Shown: positions 40,869 through 62,044, counted from the stretch's first letter. The stretch: 64,000 bases of DNA from Styela clava (GCF_964204865.1 NC_135258.1:12586001-12650000); one strand, 5' to 3'. Notes: a model not told the origin generated them from the letters alone. Made by a program: numbers and translations.

Positions 40869-43800
40869 TGTATATATTAAAATACCAGGCCATTGATAAT
40901 TTGAGAGAAGTATTCATATGTTTAGTTTATTTTTATATTCTTTTATATATATTTATTTTGTTGAAGAATTTGACAGCACATTTTGCAACATCCATGTAAA
41001 ACGTTGCAAATGTAACCAAGCTTTAAGCGGAAGAAAAATAACGCCGTTGCACCATTCAAGAATTTGTTGGCACTCTAGAATTGAAAATATTATTTTGTTA
41101 CATTTATTTGTGTAGAAATTTGATTTATTTTAGAAATAAAACTTGATGTTTGTAATATTGATTGTAGTATTTTCTTGTCTTCTATAATCTACAATATCAA
41201 TGCCTTAATGCTCACTCTCAATTCGTTGGTATTCTATCAATTTTGGTATTGAAATCCGAAATATATGTGAGACTTCTTTTGCCGCTCATGTTCTTCACAT
41301 TAATATTAGTGAACAACACCATCTGCTGAGATGATTATTACACATATTTGTAGCATACGTGCAGTAATGCGATCAATCAGCTGCGTTTCATCTTACTTTT
41401 TTTATTCGTGATACAGACGTAACGAGTGGCGTATCTAGGGTAGTGGTTCCCAACCTTTTTACCCAGGCGGACTGGTAAAATTAAAATGGGTGGAACATAA
41501 AATAATAACATATATTTGCGTAATAAAATGTAGTGCTGGACACCTATTACGTGTAAAAAAAGCACACAGAAAACATCTCGCATAAAAAAACATGTAGGCC
41601 TACGTGCCAAATCATGTACAAACGCAATTAACTCTAGTGAGAATTTGCTGCTGATCCGTTTCCAAATACAGGATTGCAAACGAGGCATCAAAAAAGATTT
41701 TGCAACACGCCGCTTGCAATCGATTTCTTCCTTTCGTTTTAATTAAAGCTAGTGATGAAAACGTATTTTTCGTACAAGTAACTGGTTAAATATTCGGACA
41801 ACAGTTTGATTGCTCGATTACTTAGCTATTGGTATCCGTTATCAAGAGAGCTCGAAAATTGTGACAGCGATTCTTTTATAACCCGCTGCAGTTGATCGAC
41901 GCCCCGTACAAAATGAATTTACATTGCAATGATAAAGTCGTTGCTAACTTGGCGCCAGGGGGTCAAAATCCTGCTGTGCATCACCTGGAAAAGATCTCAA
42001 CAGCCCATGCTTTTGTTGCGCGTCTCGTGACCACCCGTAGGGTCCAGCAACACCTGGCTGAATGCCATGGGATCGATTATTACCGCACTTATCAAACAGT
42101 GATACGACGACGGAAGAGATATTGCGTAATAAACCAACGCAATAATGCATAATAACCTTCGATAAAGCGATCGAGACGGCAGGAAATCAACAAAACATTC
42201 TAGGTTATGGCAGCCATGGTTTATGCCATGCGCGCTGTTTGTCGAGGGCGCAAAACTCGTACTTTTAGAAGAATGTCAAAATAACAACATCCGTTGATTG
42301 TCAACTAACGGCAAGGAGGCGCGTGTTTGAACTTTGCCATGGGCGCCATTTCACATAGATACGCCGCGGTACTCCACGTTTCTTTTCCATTCGCGCGCAA
42401 TAGTATTTAGCCGTTTGAAACCCGACATTGTTTAAAAGTGTATCGATGGGACTTGATTTTGCCATCGCAAATTCTGATACTGTATATAATAAAATACCAG
42501 GCCATTGATAATTTGAGAGAAGTATTCATATGTTTAGTTTATTTTTATATTCTTTAAATTATATTTATTTTATTGAAGAATTTGACAGCACATTTGGCAA
42601 CATCCATGTAAAACGTTGCAAATGTAACCCAGCTTTAAGCGGTAGAAAAATAACGCCGTTGCACCATTCAAGAATTTGTTTGCACTCTAGAATTGAAAAT
42701 ATTATTTTTTTACATTTATTTGTGTAGAAATTTGATTTATTTTAGAAATAAAACTTGATGTTTGTGATATTGATTGTAATATTTCTTGTCTTATATAATC
42801 TACAATATCAATGCCTTAATGCTCACTCTCAATTCGTTGGTATTCTATCAATTTTGGTATGTAAATCCAAAATCATGTTCTTCACATTAATATTAGTGAA
42901 CAACACCATCTGCTGAGATGAATATTACACATATTTGTAGCATACGTGCAGTACTGCGATCAATCAGCTGCGTTTCATCTTACTTTTTTTTATTGGTGAT
43001 ACAGACGTAACGAGTGGCGTATCTAGGGTAGTGGTTCCCAACCTTTCTACCCAGGCGGACTGGTAAAATGGAAATGGGTGGACCAAAAAATAATAACATA
43101 TATTTGCGTAATAAAATGCAGTGCTGGACACCTATTACGTGTAAAAAAAAGAACACAGAAAACATCTCGCATAAAAAAACATGTAAACCTACGTGCCAAA
43201 TCATGTACAAACACAATTAACTCTAGTGAGAATTTGCTGTTGATCCGTTTCCAAATACAGGATTGCAAACGAGGCATCACCAAAAGATTTTGCAACACGC
43301 GGCTTGCAATCGATTTCTTCCCTTCGTTTTAATTAAGGCTAATGATGAAAACGTATTTTTCGTACAAGTAACTGGTTAAATATTCGGACAACAGTTTGAT
43401 TGCTCGATTACTCAGCGATGGGTATTCGTTGTCAAGAGAGCTTGAAAATTGTGACAGTGATTCTTTTATAAATCTGGACTGTAAAGTAGAGGTTTATCGG
43501 GTTCATCATATTTATCCCTCTGCAGTTGATCGACGCCCCGTACAAAATGAATTTACATTGCAATGATAGGGTCGTTGCTAACTTGGCACCAGGGGGTCAA
43601 AATCCTGCTGTGAATCACCTGGGAAAGGTCTCAACGGCCTATGCTTTTGTTGCGCGTCTCGTGACCACCCGCAGGGTCACGCAACAAGTTCATACCTTGC
43701 TGGATGCCAAGGGATCGATTATTACAACACTTATCAAACACAGTAATACGACGGCGGAAGAGATATTGTGCAATAAAACAACGTAACCCCGAGTTCGATA

Positions 43801-44167
43801 AATAGTCCAGAGGATAAGAGGTAAAATCATGCACAAATCCCGATGCCTTGTTTCCATGGCAATGAGATATTTTTTTTGATGGCACCATATCCAAAATTGA
43901 TCAGAAGATGCTACTGTACACGTGTACCAAGTTTCATGCTTGCATCCAACAGTGCACCATTCTATCATATTTGAGGTCTTATCCGCTGGAATAAAAGCGA
44001 TCTAGAGGGCAGGAAATCAACAAAATGATTTTAGGTTATGGCAGCCATGGTTCATGCCATGCGCGCTGTTTGTGGATGGCGCAAAACTCGTACTTTAAGA
44101 CAGCGACGCCGTGTGAAACCCGACATTGTTTCAATAGTATCGATGGGACTTGATTTTGCCATCGCAA
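40869..44167. repeat. ~1.6-kb tandem duplication (40869-42480 and 42481-44167)
   Basis: Both copies begin TGTATATA(T/A)TAAAATACCAGGCCATTG and end GATGGGACTTGATTTTGCCATCGCAAA; they differ by substitutions and indels. Confidence 0.9.
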
Positions 44168-45289
44168 AGTGACGGACCGGTAAATCCTGACCAAAAATTT
44201 GGCGGGCCACCTTTATACAAGCTAACTAATCTAATGTAATTGATTATATGAATTAGAAAATTTTGGTTGACAATACATTCAAAAACAAAGGTGATACTAT
44301 TCACGTAACATGTTTTATTACGTTCACCCTACTTAGATATTTCGCTTTTATAGTTTTAGTAGTCAATTTTAAAAACCCTACCTCGCATAGAGGTAACAAT
44401 GCTATTAGTGCATCGTACGTTTTTTGTGTCACGTTTCTACGCACCGGTAGTAACCTTACCGCGGGCCGGCGGTGGGTCGCGGCCCGGCGGTTGCCGACCA
44501 CTGCTCTATATGCTATAAAAAATTTATTTAAAACTTCTGCGTGTTCTATCACTGGGTATACAGTACTGCTCGTCCTTAATGGCGTGGTGTTTTGATTTGA
44601 GAGTATTTCTGCGCTATTTAACTTCTGTTATAGGATTGGTATGAATCTAACGTCGTCAAAGGAAAGTAGGCTGTTGAGCTGCTAATTGTTCAAACATTAT
44701 AAACTAAAAATTTGATTACATATATTATATACATATAAAGTACCAACTACCAAGTATTAGATCAAAGCAGTGTGTGAATTATAGCCTTAATAGATGCAGC
44801 TGTTTGGGAGTTCACTACTTCATTTGTTTTCTGGTCTGATCGTATAGTTGTTGTTCACCACTATAGTAGCTCTTTGCATTTCTTTAGTTACGTGTAACTA
44901 ATATGAAAGTTGGGCCTGGGACATTTTTTTCTGAGTGTGCATGGCTTTGCTTTGCGCAAATTTTCGAATTCGAATAATTGAATTACGGTCATGTGGGCAT
45001 GCCAAGCTCACCCAGGGTAGTTTCATGGACAGTGAAGTATTGTTACGACCTAATCTGGTCTTGCCCAAGTCGAATTTCAAATCCGGGTCTGTCAAGCTGG
45101 GCGGAACTGAAAGTTCGATAAACACCGCTCCCAGTCGTGTTTGTGCGCGTGAAGCAGGCTTATCTTTCCGAAGTCAATTTATTGTGCGGTTACCCGCTGC
45201 CAAGAATCCACCGCCAAACACGTCCTCAAAATCTAAACCTCGAGTTGGAACCTTTTTATGAGCGACACACTGTTTACCTTTTTTCCTTA

Positions 45290-45420
45290 TTGCGTCACAA
45301 CGACGTCAAATTTGCTGAGTAATATATAAGGCTCTGATTTCTCAGCACTCAAGGTGTTGTAAAGCTATAGCGCGGTCGGCGTAGCCTAGATAGACTGCTG
45401 TTGGAATGTTGGAGGTAACT
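45290..45420 (+). promoter_or_regulatory. Putative core promoter and first non-coding exon of the ETNPPL-like gene
   Basis: CRE-like TGCGTCA (45291) and GACGTCA (45302), TATATAAGG (45323), donor GAG|GTAACT (45415); polypyrimidine acceptor near 45661. Confidence 0.45.
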
Positions 45421-45710
45421 TATATGCGCCGACTTAGAATTTTTGAGATCAGCTGTTCAAAACGCAGGGCATGGATATTAATTTATTCAAAATACATTTT
45501 TACCTCGGCCTCGCGTATCCACTATTACTAAGTGACTACGTGTGCTGTTAAATTATGATTTAATATCCTGCAACATCAATTTGCAGATTTGTCAATCCAC
45601 GATTTTGTTTTCCTAATAAGAGAGGATTTTAATTTGCAATGCAACGCCTTTTTTTTATTAGGCAGGCCAGTCTAAGTAGGGGGGACTGACACTATCGCGA
45701 AGCTCAGATA

Positions 45711-53646
<7,936 letters not shown>

Positions 53647-55313
53647 TCCGTGATACACAGCTGAACACCAACGTGTTTTTCTCGTTATAGAGATTTATAC
53701 ATATTATGAGTCGATCAAAAATTATCATTATAATTCATGCATCGAGAGCTATTCATATATGTACTATTAATATTTGAACGCGCTGCAATGCAGTTTTCAA
53801 ATGAGCAAAATATGTCGCACCTAATACAGCATGTTGATGTATATCACTTTTTTAAGTAAAATAACTCGCCCTTTGTGTACAATTTGTAAACATGCACTTT
53901 TTAAATCAAAATATGAAATAATATAATTATTACAGCCATAATAGCGTAATAATCTTACTTGTAATACCATTAACCGTGTTATTAATTGTTGTTATAATAA
54001 TTGATTTTTGTGTTATAATTTTATGTTAATTAGTTTCATAATTAACAGAAAACATTTTGAGATATTTTTTGTGTTGTTTCATTATTTTTGGGGTTATCCG
54101 TAACATAAGAAAAATTTGTCTTTTTTACCTGCCTGACAGATGCGAATGAAATAATTGGGATTGATAAAACGGTATGTTTTGTAGAATTAGAGAGCATCGA
54201 CCAACTGCGTCTTTGAGCGCCAGAAAATTAGGAATACCTACGTAGTTTAAATAGCTTCTCATGAAATAAATCAGAAAAATCGTTGACATATTGTTGGTAT
54301 ATCACTACTGTGACTGAATTGAATAGTATGATGGCTAGCTGAAGCAACTAGCGAAGTTGAAGATATGATGGGCAGTCTAAATTGTTACCTGGATTTCTAT
54401 CGTTTTGGTCGGGAATTCGTATATGCTTACAACATAGGCAACATGATAGAATACTAAACATCGGATGCGGATTCCATTAGTCTAGGTTGACAATACCAGA
54501 TAACCAAGTGTTTACACAATAGAAGTGCTTGTTTTGTATTGCACTGTTTACCTATTCTTGGTACTATTGTGGCCCGCGGAGCCCACAACTTTGGACCACC
54601 CTGCTCTATTGTATTGGTTCTTTACCAGGAGTTCGGCGGAAGTCCTCTGAAATGTTTGACATATTGTTCTGCGACAGGTACCAATTCCACTAATGAATTG
54701 TCGGATTTGAAATTTTAGCATTTCTTTGCTTGATTTTGACGATTTAATTTATTATTCTGCTTCTTGCCTACATCTTGAGGCTGAATTTGTCAGACGGTGC
54801 ATCACACTGAGCTGAACGGGTTGGTAATACTTGAACCGGGTGATGGCCATATTTCGTAAAATAAGATTGACATGTTATCATCTTTCGACTCCCGAAGATA
54901 AATGTAAAAATCCACCGACTGCGAGTGATTGTTCATTCAATGACAATCGATTTTTGAATAGCTGGATTATTAGCGCGGCTTTCGCGCGCAGTATTATTTC
55001 ATTTCTCGTGCTCACAACACTAAATTAGCCCAATTAAACCACTTTGATTGACTCCTCTATTAGCAAGCCATTCACAACTGTGCATGTGACATATGTGCTA
55101 TTTTAATTTGCTGTCACCTCGTGTAGAATAGGTGTCAATATGCTATTAGGAATATACTTACTCCATTGCACTGATGGGCATAAAATCCTCATTTAAACCA
55201 ATGACTAACATACCGTCTAAGTTTTTTAGACTTACAAAACAAAAAACCGGAGCTATGCGGATTGTACAAATCTTGGTTCGATTCTGAGGCTTAGTAATAT
55301 CCAGCTCATTAGT

Positions 55314-55612
55314 TATCGATCTTACGATCGGTAAGTATGTTGATAGGTATTTGTCTGTTTGTTTGTTTGTCTGTTAGATGCACGCGATATCTCACGATAG
55401 CGAGGTTGAATCTTCTCCAAATTTTGCATGTGCATTCATCATAGCTCGGATCAGAAGCCTATTGATTTTTGATAAATTATGTCGTATAATTAGCGAGTTA
55501 TTAATTAATTAGTGATGGGACACACGGTGTCACTATGGAGTAAGAACGCTGTTTTGGGGGATCCCCTAACCGACGATCGATAACTCTTCGGTCTCCGACC
55601 GATATTCTCGTA
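55314..55612 (+). mobile_element. Helentron/HINE-like element, copy 2
   Basis: Highly similar to 12531-12820. Confidence 0.65.
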
Positions 55613-55784
55613 TAAATATTATTACTATTCAAGCCACCGGAGAACGTGCACTTTCTTTTTACTTCTGTAACATTGGCTAAAATCAGCAAGATATAATGGT
55701 GACGTTAATAATTTATAAGCCCTCAGACAACTTTTCCCCAAATTTATATTCAGAAAAGATTCCCACGAAGATATTTACAGGCAT

Positions 55785-55940
55785 GGTGGTGAAGTCCATG
55801 CTTCGGAAAAACAAATATCTAACTAATCCCATACCCGACATGGAATGGTAACCGGACGAGAGGACGTGGTTCGCCATATGGTTGAGCCGTCAAATCGGCT
55901 TTCCTCTACCCCGGGATAAATATGTAAATCTTATCCTTAC
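55785..55940 (+). mobile_element. SINE 3' fragment
   Basis: AAGTCCATGCTTCGGAA..GGTTCGCCATATGG..GGGATAAATATGTAAATC is the reverse complement of the 5466 copy tail. Confidence 0.8.
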
Positions 55941-56671
55941 TTTAGCTTATTGTTATGGTTTTGTATGCTATTTGTCAGTTTTCAGCTGTACTTAGCCGTT
56001 AATGTCTAGTTGATTAGCAAATGTTACAATTTGCCAGTATGTAAATCCTATCCTTATCAACGTTTCTTCTTCAGCAGTCTCGTGATAAATATGGAAATCG
56101 CATCTTTCATCACGGGAATTCAATGGAGTGCGACTCACTTCACAGTGGTGGTATCATAGTACCGGTAGTCTTGTTTTAATGAGGAAGTTCCGGCCATGCT
56201 ACCGGGAGTTTTCCATCATTTTAGTGTGAGTTTGTCTTGCGATAACTAGGTACAGAGGTAAGGTCGGAAGTCGGAACCTAAGTATAGTTTTAAGTTTATC
56301 ACTTCACAAACAAATTCATGAGTATCGCAGATACTAGGGTTTAATTCGCTACCGTACATTACTGTAGGTGGCATGTACGGTATTTCCTACTCCATTGATT
56401 ACCTGGCATAGCATATCTGCATATTGTACTGGAGCACAGGATCATTCGGAAATTGTCATTAATACAGGAATAATAGCGAAGTGCAATTGATAATTGTTTG
56501 AGGCGATTCTTGCCTGAGAGGTCTAACACCAATTTTATGATTCTTTTCTACAATTTTAAATCATCAAATAGCTAGCTATTTTTAGGCTAATTCTGTAATA
56601 TGACTCTTTGAAGTTACAAATATTGATTTGGATTAAAGTACTGTACGCTACTCACTACAGGAATATTGGTA

Positions 56672-57127
56672 ATGGCTAATTTCAAGCAAAAACGGATTAG
56701 TAAAGAAATACAAAATCTAGCAGTGAGACCACCACCAGGTGTGAAACTTCTAAACCCTGATGACACTTCATTGGCACGCGTAACCATGGAACTCACTGGT
56801 GCAGACAACACTTTGTATGCGAAGGAAGTATTTAATCTTGTATTCATATTTGGGGATAAATATCCATTTGAGTCGCCTCAAGTCATGTTTACTGGCAACA
56901 AAATTCCAGTTCATCCTCATATTTATAGCAACGGACATATATGTTTATCCATATTGACAACAGATTGGAGTCCAGCACTTTCTATTGAGTCTGTTTGTCT
57001 GAGTATCATATCTATGTTAAGCAGTTGTAAGGAAAAGAAAAGGCCTCCCGATAATTCAATATATGTTATGAGGGCCAGCAAGAATCCTAAAGATACAAGT
57101 TGGTGGTATCATGATGATAACGTGTAA
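56672..57127 (+). CDS. UBE2W: Ubiquitin-conjugating enzyme E2 W, single-exon CDS
   Basis: KYPFESPQVMF..IPVHPHIYSNGHICLSILTTDWSPALS..RPPDNS..WWYHDD; ATG at 56672. Confidence 0.95.
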   Translation: MANFKQKRISKEIQNLAVRPPPGVKLLNPDDTSLARVTMELTGADNTLYAKEVFNLVFIFGDKYPFESPQVMFTGNKIPVHPHIYSNGHICLSILTTDWSPALSIESVCLSIISMLSSCKEKKRPPDNSIYVMRASKNPKDTSWWYHDDNV

Positions 57128-58376
57128 TTGTTTCAAGATATATCTTACAACAAAGTGTGCTTTGTTTCTGCTTATCACCAGTGTTCTTTTGGGTCTGTCA
57201 AAACTCTAAATGAACTTTAAACTATGTGTATAGGAGTTTTAAAAACAGACAGGTTGTGCAATTTATAATATTTGATGTGGCCTTTGTTTTAATTATATCA
57301 TAGATTCCTTAAACTCTGATACAAATTCTTATTTTTGTTTATCGCTTATAAATTGATAAGCTATCAAGAAAACAACCAAGATTAACACAATGGATTCGTT
57401 TTTCGGCGAGTTATATATGTAGATGTCATGATTCAAACTTGTAGTCACAAAAACTTGGCATCACGAAGCGCAGCCTATTCAACTTATTATAGGTTTCAAG
57501 CTTTATTTTGGAGCAGAGTTTACTGCGCTCTTATTGCAGGCCAAGTTTAATTTTATTATTTTAAAGTGCACCAATAAATGCTATGTGAATTGTATGCAAT
57601 ACTGTGCTATAGCTTAATTTATGTAATATTTTAAAATCACTATGTTCTGAGTATTTTAGCAGCTTCTAGATAATATTCTACTTCATTGTCTTGTCAAATT
57701 TTAAACACACTCTTTGATATATTTTCTTCTCTTAACAATAGCATATTTGATAAATTTTCTTTGCGAAATTATGTTTTTCTAAACTTAAGCCATTCTTGTC
57801 TTATATATCCATTAAAATCTTTTTTGAATTAGAGTCCTAGTTAAACCACTGCAACCGTGTTTGTGCGAAACTGATCGATTACCGGTATGTTAAACTGGTT
57901 CAATATAATCTCTAAAGTAATTCAATAATTGCTCATATGCAATTTCTTTACTGTCCAGAGCTTTGCTAAAATTGAAGTATACTGGTTTCGTATGCTAGCT
58001 TAAGGTTTCATGCATATTATTTAAATTTTACTGTTAGACTAAGTATGATCAATGTTTTTATTATTCACATGATCAGATTTATTCTGTATTTGGTATGGCG
58101 ACAAATTTATTCAGAGTATAATTGAAAATAGCTACAATAATTAAGAAAAAGTTCTATCCTTTTCGCAATTTGATATCAATCTTTGTTTTGTCTTGCACTA
58201 TTTTTCATAATGCGCATAATTTGTTTTATTTTTTGTTTCTTTATTTTTTAAGTATTTTGACTGGAAGCAATCTGGCATCCACCTTGTTTCGATCTGTGCG
58301 AAGGATACATTCAATTAATTTATCTGCACCGAAATTACAGCAAAAGGTTTTCATACGTCAAATTTCAGTAAAGAAG

Positions 58377-60518
58377 ATGGATGTTTCACAGCATATTCTA
58401 GAAAATGAAACTGAGGTTTGCCACCTTGATTGTGTCACAGCATTTAAAGCTTTGAGCAAGAGTGAAAAATTGTATTCACATTATTTGGGAAAAGCATCAT
58501 TCTATGGTGGACTGATTGTCCTGCACCAAACTTCTCCCGAGTCACCAAAAATATTTTGTCTTTTGATGAAAATATTTTCAAAGCAGAGTGCAGAAGCAAT
58601 TGCAAAAATTGCTGTTGAACAATGTGGATTTTCAGCAGAAGATGTAACAGCATTCAATGTTTACATTGCTGGGTTTCTGGCAAACATGGGAAACTATAAA
58701 GGATTTGGTGACACAAAGTTCATCCCTGGAGTTCCTCAGGAGAAGTTCATGAAGTTGGTCATGTGTACAGATGCATATCGTCAAGAACCGGAGCTCATTG
58801 AGTCCTTGATGCAAGCATGTGCTGAAGGAACTTATTCTCTGAATGAGAACAACAAACAACTGGGTTTAAAGGGGAATGGAATCACAGCGTATTTCTCACT
58901 CAATTGCGACAAAGCTGATGCTGAAATGATACAAAAATTTCTGGATGCAAAATCTATAAGTGCCTATAACACTAGACTATTTAAGAAAGAGTTGGATGAT
59001 GGAAAGTACAAGTATGAAGTCAGGCTCGCATCAGTTTCTAAAACTGATGATAGTGGTGATAAACTTCCTTATTTAGGTGACCATGAATTTGAAGGTCACT
59101 CAATCACAGTTCAACGTGGGGATTATAGTGTTTTGATGAAAAAAGTGGTAGAAAATTTGGAAAAGGCGAAAGCTAATGCTCTTAATGAAAATGAAGCCTC
59201 TATGATTAAGGAATACATTCGTTCTTTCACAAGTGGTGATCTCGAAGCACATAAAGAAGGTTCCCGATTTTGGATCCGAGACCAAGGACCTATTGTAGAA
59301 TCTTATATAGGGTTCATTGAGTCATACAGGGATCCTTTTGGAACAAGAGGTGAATTTGAAGGATTTGTTGCTGTTGTCAACAAAGAAATGAGCAAAAAAT
59401 TTGCAAATCTTGTTGCATCATCTGATACACTCCTGAAACATTTGCCATGGCCTAAGGATTATGAGAAAGATACATTTTTGCGTCCAGATTTTACATCTCT
59501 TGATGTTCTTGCTTTTGCTGGCAGTGGTATTCCTGCTGGTATCAATATACCAAACTATGATGACATTCGTCAGTCGGAAGGATTCAAGAATGTATCACTT
59601 GGTAATGTGTTATCTGCAGCGTATTCTGTAGGAAAAAAAGTATGGTTTCTTTCCGATGAAGACCAGGCTATGTTCAAGGATTACAAAAGTAAATCTTTTG
59701 AGGTTCAAGTTGGATTGCATGAGTTGTTAGGACACGGCAGTGGGAAATTGTTCAGCACAAAAGAAGATGGAACCATGAATTTTGATAAAGAAAAAGTCAT
59801 CAATCCATTGACAAATAAATTAGTCAAAAAATGGTACAAATCTGGTGAAACGTGGGATAGCAAATTTGTTGAACTTTCCTCACCATATGAGGAATGTAGG
59901 GCAGAATGTGTGGGATTATACCTGTGCCTCAACAGGGATGCACTCAAGATTTTTGGACATGAAGGACAATCTGCCGATGATATCATTTATGTCAATTGGC
60001 TAAATATGGTTTGGGCAGGAGTTCAAGGCCTTCTGTACTACACTCCAGAAAATAAAACATGGAGGCAAGCTCATATGCAAGCAAGATATGTCATTCTCAG
60101 AGTTTTGATGGAGGCTGGTATTGTGACTGTTATGCACACTACATGCAAAGATGACGGAAAGCCAGATGCTCTTATCACTCTTGATCGTTCACTCATAGAG
60201 ACCAAAGGTCAAAAAGCAATTGGTGATTTCTTGTGCAAACTGCAAGTCTACAAATCGCACGGCGATTGTGAGACTGCCAGAGTTATGTGGCAGAATTATG
60301 CAACTGTGGGATCTGACATACAACCCGACATGTTAAAATTGAGACAGACCGTCATCTTACGACGTCAACCAAGAAAGTTATTTGTTCAAGATAACACCAT
60401 TAATAAAAGTGAAGAAATTAATTTGGTTTCTTATCCTGCCACCCATTCAGGCCTGATAGATTCGTTTGCAGATAGATTCAGAGATGATGACATTTATGAA
60501 TTGTTGAAAAACTGTTAA
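58377..60518 (+). CDS. DPP3: Dipeptidyl peptidase III (M49), uninterrupted ORF; possible N-terminal extension from 58253
   Basis: HELLGH zinc motif, EECRAE, SYIGFIESYRDPFG, GIPAGINIPNYDDIRQ; ATG at 58377 aligns with the usual DPP3 start. Confidence 0.95.
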   Translation: MDVSQHILENETEVCHLDCVTAFKALSKSEKLYSHYLGKASFYGGLIVLHQTSPESPKIFCLLMKIFSKQSAEAIAKIAVEQCGFSAEDVTAFNVYIAGFLANMGNYKGFGDTKFIPGVPQEKFMKLVMCTDAYRQEPELIESLMQACAEGTYSLNENNKQLGLKGNGITAYFSLNCDKADAEMIQKFLDAKSISAYNTRLFKKELDDGKYKYEVRLASVSKTDDSGDKLPYLGDHEFEGHSITVQRGDYSVLMKKVVENLEKAKANALNENEASMIKEYIRSFTSGDLEAHKEGSRFWIRDQGPIVESYIGFIESYRDPFGTRGEFEGFVAVVNKEMSKKFANLVASSDTLLKHLPWPKDYEKDTFLRPDFTSLDVLAFAGSGIPAGINIPNYDDIRQSEGFKNVSLGNVLSAAYSVGKKVWFLSDEDQAMFKDYKSKSFEVQVGLHELLGHGSGKLFSTKEDGTMNFDKEKVINPLTNKLVKKWYKSGETWDSKFVELSSPYEECRAECVGLYLCLNRDALKIFGHEGQSADDIIYVNWLNMVWAGVQGLLYYTPENKTWRQAHMQARYVILRVLMEAGIVTVMHTTCKDDGKPDALITLDRSLIETKGQKAIGDFLCKLQVYKSHGDCETARVMWQNYATVGSDIQPDMLKLRQTVILRRQPRKLFVQDNTINKSEEINLVSYPATHSGLIDSFADRFRDDDIYELLKNC

Positions 60519-61852
60519 CATTTAGCAAGCAACTTATCATCCTGACAGTTCAAGCTGACAATGATGCATTGGTATTGGGAAGCCTTAGTTAAGTAGTTTC
60601 CCTCTTTTTTTGGTGCATTCTTTAACCTATTTTTCAAACTCTTCATTCCTCCCCACTATATATAAAAAGTTTTGTTTGAATTTGTTATTCAATCTTGAAT
60701 AGAACATTTGCTTGTGATATGTGCAACTAGCCTTCTGTACAGTTTAAACATATGCATATCTATGTTTCACAATAATACTACATGCAAATATAGAGTAATA
60801 TTTAAATTCCTGCTTGGAGAGGAATAGGGAAACATTGGCCCTAAAGAATCTAAATTTTTCGCTACATGATTCAATGGCAGTATCATGTCAATTACTTGCC
60901 ATCAAAATAACATTTCAATACTACAAGAACCATTATAACTATTAATTGGGAACCCAATTTATGTGTCAAACATTTCAAGCTAGCATTCCTAATGAATGAC
61001 AAAATCTGTTTTTTGCTTGATCAAATAAACCAAATGATTGAACGAATGAATATTTCGTATCTGTTGTTGATCATGAAGGTTTGAGGGTATACCTGTTTAG
61101 GTTCCTAACATTCTTCAAAAATATTGTGGGTCTTGTACTCTTGTCACAGCAGTTCAGTGAATTATTTTATTAGCTCATATTCTGATTGAACCGCCTAGAT
61201 AGGACTTTTAAAACTGTCTCTATCGAATAGGACGAAGAGCATGTTCTCTCATCTGATCAACTGTCCAGATTTTGTATTGTTGACCAGCCGAAAATTCATG
61301 AATTGTGCAGCAAGAAATTGTGAGATTATTTTAACATTTGATGATAATATCCCATCGGGTGGGTGGGTACACTTTCGTATAGTGTCATCCTAGTGAACAG
61401 ATATAAATCTGATTGCTCGAAACTTTAGAACACAATCATGAGCGAAACTTATTCAACTGAAAGTTGGTGAACCCCCCCCATAGCTCGTCAGTTATTAATC
61501 CAAACTAGAAAAAACATGGAACTCTCTCACCCAGTTAACCATAATTTCTAGGAAAATGCTGCAAGCTATATGGCTACGCCTCATCAGGAATAAAGGCCAA
61601 TGCAACTCTTGAACACCGCAGCTACCGTAAAGCTACATGCACTGTCTATCTGCTCAAGAGGAAGTAGTCCCAGTGATTATAACCAGATTTATACTGCAAA
61701 AATTTAATTATGAATACTGAAAATGGCTATCAAAAAAAGCACCAGCTTTATAAGCAGTGAAAAGTTGATCAACTTCATGTAAATTGTTTACAGATTATGA
61801 TTGAAAAAAATTGTGAGAGATAGCAGTGCAGGTGGCATAAGCAATTTGCTGG

Positions 61853-62044
61853 TCATAGCTCATCATGATTTTGTTCCTTGCCTTCTGGACGTTTGAATGC
61901 TCCAAGCTGATACATGACACCACTTTTCATGTTTTTGATCAGGAAGATGAAAGGATGATCCGCATAAAACATAATTCTTTTGTCAGCAGGTGTACGGTTG
62001 GCTTCTTCGCGCTCTGCCTGAACCAATCCCCCTAGAGGATTCAC
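61853..62044 (-). CDS. Serpin alternative RCL/C-terminal exon B (non-inhibitory, HSP47-like, HDEL)
   Basis: Acceptor ATTCAG|GTG in phase 0 with the donor after ..HKGVLE; encodes VNPLGGLVQAEREEANRTPADKRIMFYADHPFIFLIKNMKSGVMYQLGAFKRPEGKEQNHDEL*. Confidence 0.85.
   Translation of the reverse strand: MNPLGGLVQAEREEANRTPADKRIMFYADHPFIFLIKNMKSGVMYQLGAFKRPEGKEQNHDEL

Noticed and set aside
44898-45322. Overlapping ORFs upstream of the ETNPPL-like gene
   Set aside because: No recognisable protein motif or convincing exon structure; more likely regulatory sequence.
54180-55030. Possible decayed coding sequence
   Set aside because: Short open stretches with no recognisable homology.
58122-58252. ORF-track N-terminus of DPP3 (MKIAT..)
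   Set aside because: Starts at TTG and translates a T-rich polypyrimidine tract ending in a splice acceptor, so it is probably intronic.
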